A stretch of 24,000 nucleotides of DNA from an uncultured Candidatus Saccharibacteria bacterium (GCA_964535385.1 CAZHSY010000008.1:6474-30473); one strand, 5' to 3'. Positions 13,162 to 22,457 are shown, numbered from the stretch's first letter. Notes: generated by a model from the sequence alone, not told the origin. Numbers and translations: made by a program.

Positions 13162-13911
13162 CTACTGCTTATCCCAAGCCATTTCAAACAGTTGCCGAAA
13201 AACAGCTACAATCTGCCTACTCTCAATGATCACCCCGATAGGTTCAGCTTCGCCATAGGTTTGAACAGTCAGCTTATCACTATATATATTAATTTCACCC
13301 TGGGCTTTTGCCTTCATCTTCTTCACTAAACGATTGCTGCTCGGATCAGATGGTACTTCAATCGAGCCAGACGAGAAAAGACGGCTAGCAATTTCTTTCT
13401 TCTGACGCTGCTTTGGCCCCTCTTCCAAAATGTCTGGAAATACTCGCAGAACCTCATCTACATCAGACATGGCATAGACAGTTTCCTTACGGCCAGCCTT
13501 GCGCCGCAAGTAGGCATCCATAGTTGAGATAGCCTCTTTGCCTTTGAAGAATCGCACTACCGGCGCATCTTCGACTTCGAGACGGTTTACACTTTTCAGC
13601 TCAGTCATCACGTCCTTGAGCTGAGTTTTGCGCTGAGTAATCGCCTTTTCCATGACATTCAGATAGCGCTCGATCGCCTCTGGTGGTTCGGCGACATAAA
13701 CGGTCTTCTTGCCCTCGATAGACTCCGAGACTAAGCCCACTTCAGCCAACTCGGCGAGGATGACATAGGTCGTCGCTCGATTCACTTCGGCCTGTTCGGA
13801 AATGCGCTGCACCGCAGCCGGACCGAGAAAAAGCGCGGCTACGTAAACTTTAGCCTGCTTCTCAGTCAGTCCGACTGCTTCAAGTTTTTTGGCAAGATTC
13901 GCGATCTGCAT
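13162..13911 (-). CDS. TrmB-family transcriptional regulator
   Basis: The N-terminal winged helix LEAVGLTEKQAKVYVAALFLGPAAVQRISEQAEVNRATTYVILAELAEVGLV is typical of TrmB-family HTH regulators, followed by a C-terminal effector-type domain. SD AAGGA precedes the ATG. Confidence 0.8.
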   Translation of the reverse strand: MQIANLAKKLEAVGLTEKQAKVYVAALFLGPAAVQRISEQAEVNRATTYVILAELAEVGLVSESIEGKKTVYVAEPPEAIERYLNVMEKAITQRKTQLKDVMTELKSVNRLEVEDAPVVRFFKGKEAISTMDAYLRRKAGRKETVYAMSDVDEVLRVFPDILEEGPKQRQKKEIASRLFSSGSIEVPSDPSSNRLVKKMKAKAQGEINIYSDKLTVQTYGEAEPIGVIIESRQIVAVFRQLFEMAWDKQ

Positions 13912-13932
13912 AAGCTTGTTCCTTTTGCCGAC

Positions 13933-13961
13933 AATATATCACTGTTGTTGACAGTTGTCAA
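13933..13961 (-). promoter_or_regulatory. sigma70-like promoter of the TrmB-family gene
   Basis: On the minus strand: TTGACA (13961-13956), a 17-nt spacer, then TATATT (13938-13933). Confidence 0.6.
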
Positions 13962-13962
13962 C
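13947..13962. promoter_or_regulatory. inverted repeat GTTGACA-GT-TGTCAAC overlapping the -35 element (putative autoregulatory operator)
   Basis: A 7+7 inverted repeat in the divergent intergenic region between the regulator and the 154-aa ORF. Confidence 0.4.
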
Positions 13963-14001
13963 ATTTATACATAAACAACTGATTCTTCCTAAGCAGATGC
14001 A

Positions 14002-14030
14002 TTGACTTATAAAGCCTCTCACGATATAAC
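14002..14030 (+). promoter_or_regulatory. sigma70-like promoter for the 154-aa ORF
   Basis: TTGACT (14002-14007), a 17-nt spacer, then TATAAC (14025-14030). Confidence 0.5.
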
Positions 14031-14077
14031 AAGTATCGCGTATCCGCACCTATCCCAAACCCCAGAATGGACATCCG

Positions 14078-14542
14078 ATGCTCAAAACCATCTCTCTTCG
14101 TGTTCCAACCGACCTGACTCGTGATCAAGCTGAGCAGTACTGCACCGATAAGGCTCGCGACATCGCCCAGCTCTCCGGCCTCCAAGTGAGTGGCATCCGC
14201 TACTGCCACAATAACTACTCCCAGATCGCTTCGGCACTGATCGAGTTTCAGGACTACCCATTGGGCAACCCGGTGCGCTATGAACCGCGGCTCATGCGCC
14301 AGCTCCTAACCAACATCTTCTCGCCTGCACTCGATCACCAGGAGCAACACCTGCGGGCCAAGTCGCTCAGTACCCTGCAGCAGGTTGGTGTAGTCAGTGT
14401 TGGTCACCTGGTGTGCGGTTGCACGACTGACTACTTGCTCAGCGCCGAGGCGCCCAACTTCGGTGAAGCCATGCTCAAATACGTCCAGAAGCAACTGGCC
14501 GATATCGGCCTGAGTATCCCGAACGCCGAAGTGATGCCCTAA
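14078..14542 (+). CDS. hypothetical protein (154 aa) with a C-terminal RNAP alpha-CTD-like helix-hairpin-helix
   Basis: LRAKSLSTLQQVGVVSVGHLVCGCTTDYLLSAEAPNFGEAMLKYVQKQLADIGLSI follows the alpha-CTD pattern (L..R..n.L...gi.tvg.L....l...pNfG..sl.ei...L...GLsl). It is followed by a clean terminator. Confidence 0.65.
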   Translation: MLKTISLRVPTDLTRDQAEQYCTDKARDIAQLSGLQVSGIRYCHNNYSQIASALIEFQDYPLGNPVRYEPRLMRQLLTNIFSPALDHQEQHLRAKSLSTLQQVGVVSVGHLVCGCTTDYLLSAEAPNFGEAMLKYVQKQLADIGLSIPNAEVMP

Positions 14543-14556
14543 CACTCCACTTCTCT

Positions 14557-14590
14557 GCCGCCTACCTTCAAGGGTAGGCGGCTCTTCTTT
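14557..14590 (+). terminator. rho-independent terminator
   Basis: GCCGCCTACC-TTCAAG-GGTAGGCGGC followed by TCTTCTTT. It abuts the leuS stop codon on the other strand. Confidence 0.7.
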
Positions 14591-17477
14591 ACTGAGAGCG
14601 AACGACGAAATTCACGAGCCGGTCAGGCACTACAATAACCTTTATAATCTCTGCTCCCTTTGTCCAATCCTGCGTCTGATTCTCCTCACGAGCAGTTTTC
14701 TCGAGGGCGCCCGGCACACGACCGGCTTGTGTGATAAACTCACCGCGAAGCTTACCGTTGACCTGGACGGCAATGGTAATCACGTCTTCTTTCAAGAATT
14801 TCTCATCATAGGTTGGCCAGGGCTCGAGGTGAACACTTTCGGCTTGGCCTAAGTCCGACCAAAGCTCTTCGGCCAGATGGGGAGCGAATGGCGCCAGGGC
14901 TCGCACGAAGGTCAAAGCAACCTCCTGCCAGACTTCAGCGCTGACATTCCCCTCGCGGTGCACTACCTGCAACTCATTCATGAACGACATCATGGCGGCA
15001 ATAGCCGTATTGAAGTGTACGTCATCGAGATCTTCAGTCAACTTCTTAATGAGCTTATGTAAGCTCGTTAAGAGGCCGGTCTCAGCCACCCCAGCTGGAG
15101 CCACGTCAGAGTTTTGCGTATACACACCACTCAGCGTGTCGTAGGTCTTAAGCATGAAGCGGTATGGCCCCTCGAAACGACTAGCATCCCACGGGCCACC
15201 TTCCTCCCACGGACCCATGAACATCAAATACAAGCGAATCGCATCCGAGCCGTATTTATCCAGATAGTCAGTCGGATCGACCACATTACCCTTGGACTTA
15301 CTCATCTTATTGCCATCCGGCCCGAGAATCATGCCTTGGTTGATCAGCTTCAGGAAGGGCTCTTTAAAGTCCAGGAGCTCTTGGTCACGCAAGAACTTGG
15401 TTATAAAGCGGGCGTAAAGTAAGTGCAAAATGGCGTGCTCGATACCACCAATGTAGCGATCGACTGGCGCCCAGGTCTTAACCGCCGCCGGGTCAAAGGC
15501 AGCTTGGCCATAATGCGTATTTGGGTAGCGCAAGAAGTACCACGAGGAGTCGACAAACGTATCCATCGTGTCGGTCTCACGATGAGCGTCAGCTCCACAC
15601 CGAGGACAACGTACGTGGGTAAAATCCGGATGGGCTAAGAGTGGTGAACGGCCAGATTCATCGAACTTCTGATCGAGTGGCAAGACAACCGGCAGCTCGG
15701 CTTCGGGCACTGGAACAGCACCACAATGATCACAGTGGATAATCGGGATCGGTGCACCCCAGTAGCGCTGACGTGAGATCAACCAATCGCGTAAACGATA
15801 GTTCACCTTAGATACACCCAAGTCGTGAACTTTTAGCCAATGAGTGATTTTATCTTTGGCTTCGTCACTGGTCAATCCATCAAAATCGCCCGAATTAACT
15901 AAGACGCCACCGCCAGTGTGGACTTTATCGCGTAAGAACGTCTCGAAGACAAAACTATGCAACTCATCCTGTAGGAGATTTTCAAGCTCAGCCGGTGACT
16001 TCCAGCTCGCGCTAAACATACCCTGCTCGTCAGCTTCGAGCTGGGGTTCCTCGCGCTTATCACTGGCAATCTCAAACAATACCCCAACTGCTTCAATCTC
16101 TCGAGCTACGCCCTTAGAATGTGCGTAGTAATGATGATGTATCACGCCAGTCTTGGCGATGTATTTCAGATCTGTAAAGCCCGTCTCCTCAGCCACTTCC
16201 CGCCGGGCTGCCTCGACAACATCTTCTGCTTGCTCACGTCCGCCACCGATTAATAGATGGCCACCATGATCCTTACCCCAATTAATTGCCAAGACTTCAT
16301 CGGTCTGAGGATTGCGCACCAGAGCGACGATACTACGACGCTGTTCTGGGTCATCTTGCGGCGTGCCTGTGACTGGCTCGATCACCTCGATAATTGGCAA
16401 ATCAAACTTCCGCGCGAACTGGTTATCGCGCTCATCGTGAGCTGGCACCGCCATGATCGCACCCGTCCCATAGCCCATCAGGACGTAGTCGGCTATCCAA
16501 ACTGGAATCTTCTCACCCGTCAGGGGGTGCTTCACAAAACCACCAGTGAAGACGCCGGTCTTTTCCTTAGCCTCCATGCGATCGACATCGGTACGCGTAC
16601 CGGCCCATTCGACATACTTGGCAACCTCTGCCTCTTGCTGACTGGCGGTAAGCTGCTTGACCAGTGGATGCTCGGGTGCCACCACCATAAAGGTCACGCC
16701 ATGCAGCGTATCTGGTCGGGTGGTGAATACATCGAGAAAGCCAGCGCCATCATCAAGCTCAAACCTCACCAGCGCACCATTACTACGGCCGATCCAATTT
16801 ATCTGCTGTTGCTTCACTCGCTCTGGCCAGTCGAGATCATTGAGATCATCGAGTAGCTCGTCAGCGTAATCCGTAATCGTAAAGTACCACTGCTTGAGAT
16901 TCTTGCGCTCCACCACATTACCACAGCGATCACACTTCCCCTGGACTACTTGCTCGTTAGCCAGGACCGTCTTGTCATTTGGACACCAGTTAACCACGCC
17001 ATCCCGTTGCACAGCCTTACCGGCCTGAAAGAGCTTGAGGAAGAGCCATTGCGTCCAGCGATAGTAGTCGGGACTCGACGTATTGACCTCACGATCAAGA
17101 TCATACATACCACCCATACGAATGTATTGTTTATGAAAACTAGCAACATTCTCGGCCGTCCACTGGTCAGCTGGAATATTATTCTTGATCGCGGCATTCT
17201 CAGCTGGCAAGCCAAAGGCGTCATAACCAAGGGGCTGAAGTACATCAGCCCCACGCATGCGTTGATACCGCCCAAGCGTATCGGCGGGTGCAAAATTGTA
17301 CCAGTGGCCAACGTGCAAATTGCCTGACGGATAAGGGAACATAACCAGATTATAAAATGGCTTCTCCGGCTGCCCAGGAGTCTTGTACAGACCACTCTGC
17401 GCCCAGATCGCCTGCCACTTTGGCTCGGCGGTTCGCGGTTCGTACTTCTTATGGTGAGGATTTGGCTTATCAGACAT
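14589..17477 (-). CDS. leuS: leucine--tRNA ligase carrying an inserted Nudix-fold domain
   Basis: It has the HIGH-type motif PYPSGNLHVGH, the CP1 editing-domain landmarks TTRPDTL...AVPAHDERD, YRLRDWLISRQRYWGAPIP and KMSKSKGN. It also carries a perfect Nudix box at residues 412-434 (nt 16176-16244). Confidence 0.95.
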   Translation of the reverse strand: MSDKPNPHHKKYEPRTAEPKWQAIWAQSGLYKTPGQPEKPFYNLVMFPYPSGNLHVGHWYNFAPADTLGRYQRMRGADVLQPLGYDAFGLPAENAAIKNNIPADQWTAENVASFHKQYIRMGGMYDLDREVNTSSPDYYRWTQWLFLKLFQAGKAVQRDGVVNWCPNDKTVLANEQVVQGKCDRCGNVVERKNLKQWYFTITDYADELLDDLNDLDWPERVKQQQINWIGRSNGALVRFELDDGAGFLDVFTTRPDTLHGVTFMVVAPEHPLVKQLTASQQEAEVAKYVEWAGTRTDVDRMEAKEKTGVFTGGFVKHPLTGEKIPVWIADYVLMGYGTGAIMAVPAHDERDNQFARKFDLPIIEVIEPVTGTPQDDPEQRRSIVALVRNPQTDEVLAINWGKDHGGHLLIGGGREQAEDVVEAARREVAEETGFTDLKYIAKTGVIHHHYYAHSKGVAREIEAVGVLFEIASDKREEPQLEADEQGMFSASWKSPAELENLLQDELHSFVFETFLRDKVHTGGGVLVNSGDFDGLTSDEAKDKITHWLKVHDLGVSKVNYRLRDWLISRQRYWGAPIPIIHCDHCGAVPVPEAELPVVLPLDQKFDESGRSPLLAHPDFTHVRCPRCGADAHRETDTMDTFVDSSWYFLRYPNTHYGQAAFDPAAVKTWAPVDRYIGGIEHAILHLLYARFITKFLRDQELLDFKEPFLKLINQGMILGPDGNKMSKSKGNVVDPTDYLDKYGSDAIRLYLMFMGPWEEGGPWDASRFEGPYRFMLKTYDTLSGVYTQNSDVAPAGVAETGLLTSLHKLIKKLTEDLDDVHFNTAIAAMMSFMNELQVVHREGNVSAEVWQEVALTFVRALAPFAPHLAEELWSDLGQAESVHLEPWPTYDEKFLKEDVITIAVQVNGKLRGEFITQAGRVPGALEKTAREENQTQDWTKGAEIIKVIVVPDRLVNFVVRSQ

Positions 17478-17534
17478 AGTTTGGATTATACCTGATTACC
17501 AGATGTGAAGGCTACGCCTGAGTCCGGTAAGATC

Positions 17535-19148
17535 CTACTCTAGCCAGCACCAAATAAATGCGCAATGCGTCTTGGCGGCGACCTTCGATCCTTCGGATAT
17601 CTGTCCGTTCTTGCCGCGCGCCACAACCTCATACACATAGACGGTATCAGACGCTAAGCCAGTATTGTCAATCAAGCTGGTCCCGGTAGTGGTTCGAGCC
17701 GGGGCGCCATTACGAGTAACAGTGTAATCCTGAATCCCGCCGCCACCAGTTGAGGCCCTCCATTGTAATTCGAGATAGTAGCCGCCCTTAAGCCAGTCAA
17801 AATTTAAGCTACGCGTGGTTACAACAGGCTTACTTGGTGTACCCTCTGTAGTTGGGCTGGGGCTACCAATTGGGGTTGGAGTTTTTGCTGGAGTCGGTGT
17901 TGGAGTTGGAGTTTTTACTGGAGTCGGTGTTGGAGTTGGAGTTTTTACTGGAGTCGGTGTTGGCGTCTTCACTGGCGTCGGTGTAAGTGTAGTTAATGAC
18001 GGAGATGGAGACGTAGCCACTAGACTGCCTACAGTTGGCACTGTCCAACCGTAGGCCTTTGCGCCTGTGCTAGTCCACTGCGGCTCAACCATCTTGAGCT
18101 TATTCCAGGGAATATTCTTATAAGAAAAGGCATCGCTATCTGGCTTTGGGGCTCCAGCGTTGTAGTACACTTGGCGACCGGTTCGATCAAACTCCACCGA
18201 AATTCCAAAAGTACCACTCGTGTCGTTACAATAGGCACCATACTTTTGCAGAGCCTTGGCGATGGTTTTCTCCATTTTAGTAATACCAGGGATTGCATCA
18301 ACGTTAACGGTGGGGTCTAGTTGGATTCGAGATCCGATCGGTATGCAGCTAGTCGAGCTATCGGTTCCATCGGCATGAGAGGCTGGATAGTACATGGCCG
18401 TTGTCTGCGCACAAGTATTAGGTACCGAGTATGATAGTGCGTGATCGATGACTCCCTGTTCGATTTCATAGGTTCGAATGATGTCGCCAGCTAAGCCAGC
18501 CACATTTGTGCCGCCACCTACGCCACTACTATCCATGCTTGTCTTGCTGGCGCTGCCTGGGCAAACTTCAGCGTTCACAGAATTAAATACCAAAAAGCAG
18601 TTATCCCGCCAGATCCAATAACTATAGATTGTCCGTGTCGAGTGATCGATCACTTCCATATGCCCATCACTGCCTCGTTGAGCAAAAGCTCCATTTGGGA
18701 TTGGCACTCGCGCCCCGTTAAAGCCGCCACAAGTATCCCAAGGCGCAGACGGATCAGTCAGATAGCAGTAGGCTGTCCGCTTAGGAGATGAACCATCAAC
18801 ATCAAATACCGGAATAGCCCACTCCAAAAGCGAGCTCAAAGCACCCCCCTCGAGCGTCTTCAAACGAGGAGCAGCATCGGCCTTATACTTTACGTCAGTC
18901 GGAATTGGTTGGTTGAGCGGGGAATCATCAGTAAACATACGACCCGACGGCTGCTGGGTTTGAAAATTATACGTGTATGAAGTTTGGGTGGCCGCTCGAG
19001 TTAGGTATACCACAAATCCACCAATCAATACGGCAGCTAGAATAGCCAGCAGAGACCACTTAAGAAATTTTGGCTTACCCGAGAAAACCAGCTTTGGTTT
19101 GTTCATTTTTTTTACCGTAGATTTCTTTTTTTTAGATTTTTTAACCAT
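17535..19148 (-). CDS. membrane-anchored or secreted protein: unknown central domain, Pro/Thr-rich linker, C-terminal fibronectin type III-like domain
   Basis: The Lys-rich N-terminus is followed by the TM segment WSLLAILAAVLIGGFVVYL. The linker is TPTPVKTPTPTPVKTPTPTPTPVKTPTPTPTPAKTPTP. The C-terminal ~95 aa has an FN3-like beta pattern (LELQWRAS...YTVTRNG...DTVYVYEVVARG). Confidence 0.8.
   Translation of the reverse strand: MVKKSKKKKSTVKKMNKPKLVFSGKPKFLKWSLLAILAAVLIGGFVVYLTRAATQTSYTYNFQTQQPSGRMFTDDSPLNQPIPTDVKYKADAAPRLKTLEGGALSSLLEWAIPVFDVDGSSPKRTAYCYLTDPSAPWDTCGGFNGARVPIPNGAFAQRGSDGHMEVIDHSTRTIYSYWIWRDNCFLVFNSVNAEVCPGSASKTSMDSSGVGGGTNVAGLAGDIIRTYEIEQGVIDHALSYSVPNTCAQTTAMYYPASHADGTDSSTSCIPIGSRIQLDPTVNVDAIPGITKMEKTIAKALQKYGAYCNDTSGTFGISVEFDRTGRQVYYNAGAPKPDSDAFSYKNIPWNKLKMVEPQWTSTGAKAYGWTVPTVGSLVATSPSPSLTTLTPTPVKTPTPTPVKTPTPTPTPVKTPTPTPTPAKTPTPIGSPSPTTEGTPSKPVVTTRSLNFDWLKGGYYLELQWRASTGGGGIQDYTVTRNGAPARTTTGTSLIDNTGLASDTVYVYEVVARGKNGQISEGSKVAAKTHCAFIWCWLE
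17872..17984. repeat. tandem 30-bp repeat (about 3.5 units) encoding the PT-rich linker
   Basis: The unit GTTTTTACTGGAGTCGGTGTTGGAGTTGGA occurs at 17881, 17911 and 17941, with a degenerate flank on each side. Confidence 0.75.
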
Positions 19149-19196
19149 TGCGCCTCATCATACATAAAAGCTTATGCTTAGACAAGTGTTTTGACC

Positions 19197-19820
19197 CTAG
19201 TTTTGAGTAAAAATCGCCCATAGATTTGCGTATTCCAGTAAATAGCTCTCATGTACCTGCGTCGGCCCATCGGGCTGTATGGGGTCATAAACTCGATATG
19301 TCAGTCTAGCTTCATCCCAGCCAGCTACAACTATCTGGTGGTTTTGGTGATTGTGCGAAAAGAACGGCTTCACACTGACGATAACCGGATCTCCAGCCAG
19401 CAACGAGACTTGCAAGCTATGTAGAAAACGCGCCTCCGGAGTCGGCAGCACACCTTCACCGGCCGACTGCCACTTAAAGGCATTGAGCTGGGCTTCGTTA
19501 TACCCCTCTTGGGTACGAAAATACTCAGACGGTGAAAGCTTCTGCGACTGAAAATGCCAGTTGCGCCGCCAAGCGATCAGGCCGTAGTGAGTTAAGGTCT
19601 GCACTTGGCCAGCATGCAGCCACATGCAATCAGTACTAATCGCATGGAAGCGCTGAGCAATCTTCAACACATCTTCGGCCATAGCCGGAATGCCATAATA
19701 ATGCAGCTGCATCACCATGCAGGCCAAGCCACAACGCTGACGAGGCGCTAGATCGACAATGTGCTCGAGGTCGGGCTTCTCCTGCCAGACGTGTTGGAGT
19801 TCGTGGGTAATAATGTTCAC
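19197..19820 (-). CDS. peptidase C39-like (papain-fold) domain protein
   Basis: Candidate catalytic Cys in QRCGLACMVMQLHYYG and His in HQIVVAGWDE, as in C39-like cysteine peptidases. The GTG start overlaps the murF stop (GTGA). Confidence 0.65.
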   Translation of the reverse strand: MNIITHELQHVWQEKPDLEHIVDLAPRQRCGLACMVMQLHYYGIPAMAEDVLKIAQRFHAISTDCMWLHAGQVQTLTHYGLIAWRRNWHFQSQKLSPSEYFRTQEGYNEAQLNAFKWQSAGEGVLPTPEARFLHSLQVSLLAGDPVIVSVKPFFSHNHQNHQIVVAGWDEARLTYRVYDPIQPDGPTQVHESYLLEYANLWAIFTQN

Positions 19821-21106
19821 AGACCGAAGCTTTTCTTCTTAATCTTCTTCCAACTCTTCGACTGACGGACAAGCTCCTTAGAAGGATGAAGGCTGGGGCT
19901 CAAGAGGATCCGACTGGTCTCCTCGGTGAAGACACCGTTCTGCGAGCCTTTTACCAGGATCACATCGCCCGGCTGAACTAGCTTCTTCAGATAATGGCCA
20001 GCTTCGTATGGAGTCCGGAACTGCTTGACGGCAGCCTTGTCGAGCCCAGCCTCAACAGCCACCGGGGCTACATACTGAGCCGCCTCACGACCAACCGTCA
20101 CGAGCAGGTCAACTTTCTTGCGAGCGGCATACCTGGCTACCTGCTGATGAAGGGCTGAGCTGTGGTCACCCAATTCGTTCATGCTACCAAGAACGGCAAT
20201 TTTACGCTTGCCGGGCAGATCCATGAGCGTATCGAGGGCAGCTTCGACGGCAGCCGGGCTGGAGTTGTATGTGTCATCGAGCAATTGCGCCTTATTTACG
20301 GCCGGCAAGAGGCGCATCCGACCCTTGACCGGACCGACCGCCTGTAGGGCTCGAGCAATCTTAGGGACCGAATACCCAAGCGCCTCAGCCACACTAGCTG
20401 CGGCCAAGAGTGACGTCAGTGCGTGCGGTGCGATCAGCTGTGTCTTGACTGGCATCTTGCTGCGACCAATGACTAGCTCAGCACTGAGCGCACCGGCACG
20501 ATTGCGCGTCAGCCCAGTAAACCGCGCCACGCCCTGCTCAAGGCCATAGCCATGAGCGTTCTTCTTACGCTCCATCACCTTGCGGACCGGCTCATTATCG
20601 GCATTGTAGAAGACTTGCTCAGCGCGTGTAGCCAGCCAGACAACATCATCACGTAGCTGCTCAAGGCTCTGGAAGCGGGCCATGTGGGCTGGTGAAACAT
20701 TCGTCAGTACCGCGATAGTTGGCGCCAGTAGCTCCACCCAAGGGGTCATCATAGCTCGCTCATCCTCAGCAATTTCCAGTACCAGTGTGTCATATGGATA
20801 ATCGGCGAGCTGCTCATCCACTGACCGAAAGAGTGTACGCCAAGCCGCCGGGCTCTTGAGATTATCAGGTGCCTTGAGACCAAAGATTGCTAGTGGCAGA
20901 CCAATCTCAGTATTGTAGCTATCCTCGGAGAAACAAACCTTCCGCCCAAGCCGTGTCAGCGTCTCACCGATAGCTAGCTTGGTACTGGTCTTGCCAACGG
21001 TACCGGTTACGATAATGACCGTGAGCTGGCGGGTTTTGAGGAGCGTCAAGACGCGGCGACGGAGCTGACGGACAATGACTTTGTTTGCGTAACGTTTCAA
21101 ACCCAT
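19817..21106 (-). CDS. murF: Mur ligase family protein, most likely UDP-MurNAc-tripeptide--D-alanyl-D-alanine ligase
   Basis: It has the Mur ligase P-loop VTGTVGKTSTK and central and C-terminal Mur domains (LGSMNELG). It sits directly downstream of ddl. Confidence 0.7.
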   Translation of the reverse strand: MGLKRYANKVIVRQLRRRVLTLLKTRQLTVIIVTGTVGKTSTKLAIGETLTRLGRKVCFSEDSYNTEIGLPLAIFGLKAPDNLKSPAAWRTLFRSVDEQLADYPYDTLVLEIAEDERAMMTPWVELLAPTIAVLTNVSPAHMARFQSLEQLRDDVVWLATRAEQVFYNADNEPVRKVMERKKNAHGYGLEQGVARFTGLTRNRAGALSAELVIGRSKMPVKTQLIAPHALTSLLAAASVAEALGYSVPKIARALQAVGPVKGRMRLLPAVNKAQLLDDTYNSSPAAVEAALDTLMDLPGKRKIAVLGSMNELGDHSSALHQQVARYAARKKVDLLVTVGREAAQYVAPVAVEAGLDKAAVKQFRTPYEAGHYLKKLVQPGDVILVKGSQNGVFTEETSRILLSPSLHPSKELVRQSKSWKKIKKKSFGL

Positions 21107-21268
21107 ATCATATTACCTTTTCTAAACGAAAGTTATTCTGACGTGCACATCTGGTGAGTTCTTTTGAGAAAGCATAGCCATAGCTATGTTGCCGATAAAA
21201 ACTCGACAGAGTTGCCGTTAGAATAACTTGCAGTGGAGAGGTAATATGACATGGGTTTGGCATAATAG

Positions 21269-22303
21269 TTAAGATAATTCTACCACTTCCGGACGACTCA
21301 GGGAGCGATGTACGAGGTGCTCGACGAGCTCCTCGAAGGGCACTCCAAAAGCTGCTGCTGCCTGCGGTACCAGAGAAGTCTGCGTCATGCCAGGCAGTGT
21401 ATTTACCTCTAGCACCCAGACACTTCCTCGACCGATAATCATGTCGGTGCGACTATAGTCGCGCAAGCCAAGCGTACGATGTACTTTCAGGGCCACCGCC
21501 TGGACATAGGCGAGAGCCTGGGGCTCGAGCGGTGCTGGCGTGATCTCCTCGGTCGCACCTGGGGTGTACTTAGCGTGGTAGTCAAAGAACCGAGCCTGAC
21601 GCGGGCGTATCAAGGTCGGCGGTAGAGCCGCTACGCCATCATCGAAATCCACCACCGCACACGTTACCTCCGTACCACGAATGTATTGCTGCACCATAAA
21701 ACGATCATAGCGCGTTGAGATGTGTTCGATAGCATCGGTCAGATCAGCCGCCGTATGCGTGATGACTACCCCGACCGAACTCCCCTCCTCGACTGGCTTC
21801 ACCACGAGGCTTGGCCCAAAGACCATCATCAGCTGGCGCACCTTATGAGCTCGAGCCGCCACCCACTCCGCCCGCGTCAGCACCATGTACTCTGGGATCG
21901 ACAACCCAACTCGCCGCAAGCGCCGCTGAGTCTCGGCCTTATCAAAAGCTACTCGGCTGGCGCGCGGGCCACTACCCTGATATGGCAATGTCGAACGGTC
22001 AAGAATCCGCTGCACCGTGCCATCTTCGCCAAACGTCCCATGCAGGGCGATGAAGGCGGCATCGAAGTGAAACGGTAAGTAGTCATGTACCTGCTCAGTG
22101 GCCAGCACCACACTCGGCGTATCGGCCGCTAACCCGAGCTGCGAGGGGTACACCTGCCACTTTTCATCACGAGTGATAAACACCGGCTGAACCCGAAACG
22201 GCCTATCCTCCAGAGCTCTCATAACTTGTTCAGCTGTTGCCCGCGAGACCTCGTGTTCACTGGAAGGCCCCCCAAACAATACAGCCACGCGCGGTGTTGT
22301 CAT
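21269..22303 (-). CDS. ddl: D-alanine--D-alanine ligase
   Basis: MTTPRVAVLFGGPSSEHEVSRATA... is followed by an ATP-grasp region (VVKPVEEGSSVGV, VLEVNTLPGMT). I start it at ATG 22303, because the track start at 22366 runs into the REP-like repeats. Confidence 0.9.
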   Translation of the reverse strand: MTTPRVAVLFGGPSSEHEVSRATAEQVMRALEDRPFRVQPVFITRDEKWQVYPSQLGLAADTPSVVLATEQVHDYLPFHFDAAFIALHGTFGEDGTVQRILDRSTLPYQGSGPRASRVAFDKAETQRRLRRVGLSIPEYMVLTRAEWVAARAHKVRQLMMVFGPSLVVKPVEEGSSVGVVITHTAADLTDAIEHISTRYDRFMVQQYIRGTEVTCAVVDFDDGVAALPPTLIRPRQARFFDYHAKYTPGATEEITPAPLEPQALAYVQAVALKVHRTLGLRDYSRTDMIIGRGSVWVLEVNTLPGMTQTSLVPQAAAAFGVPFEELVEHLVHRSLSRPEVVELS

Positions 22304-22324
22304 GCCTTGTATTATACCTGAAAC

Positions 22325-22447
22325 AATCCTATACAAGGCCAGGCCTACCGTTTCAATCCTATGCAAGGCCAGGCCTACCGTTTCGGTAGGCCTGGCCTTG
22401 TAGGCACCCTTGTAGGCACCGTTTCGGTAGGCCTGGCCTTGTAGGTG
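22325..22447. repeat. cluster of REP-like palindromic units (two left arms, two right arms, nested)
   Basis: CAAGGCCAGGCCTACC occurs at 22334 and 22364. Its reverse complement GGTAGGCCTGGCCTTG occurs at 22385 and 22426. The flanking AATCCTATrCAAGG and CTTGTAGGCACC are also duplicated. Same family as 12626-12672. Confidence 0.85.
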
Positions 22448-22457
22448 CTGTCGTTAC

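Noticed and set aside
22325-22447. CRISPR array
   Set aside because: The repeated 16-mers occur in inverted as well as direct orientation, their spacing is irregular (14-25 nt), there are only four arms, and no cas genes are present. This is a REP-like palindrome cluster.
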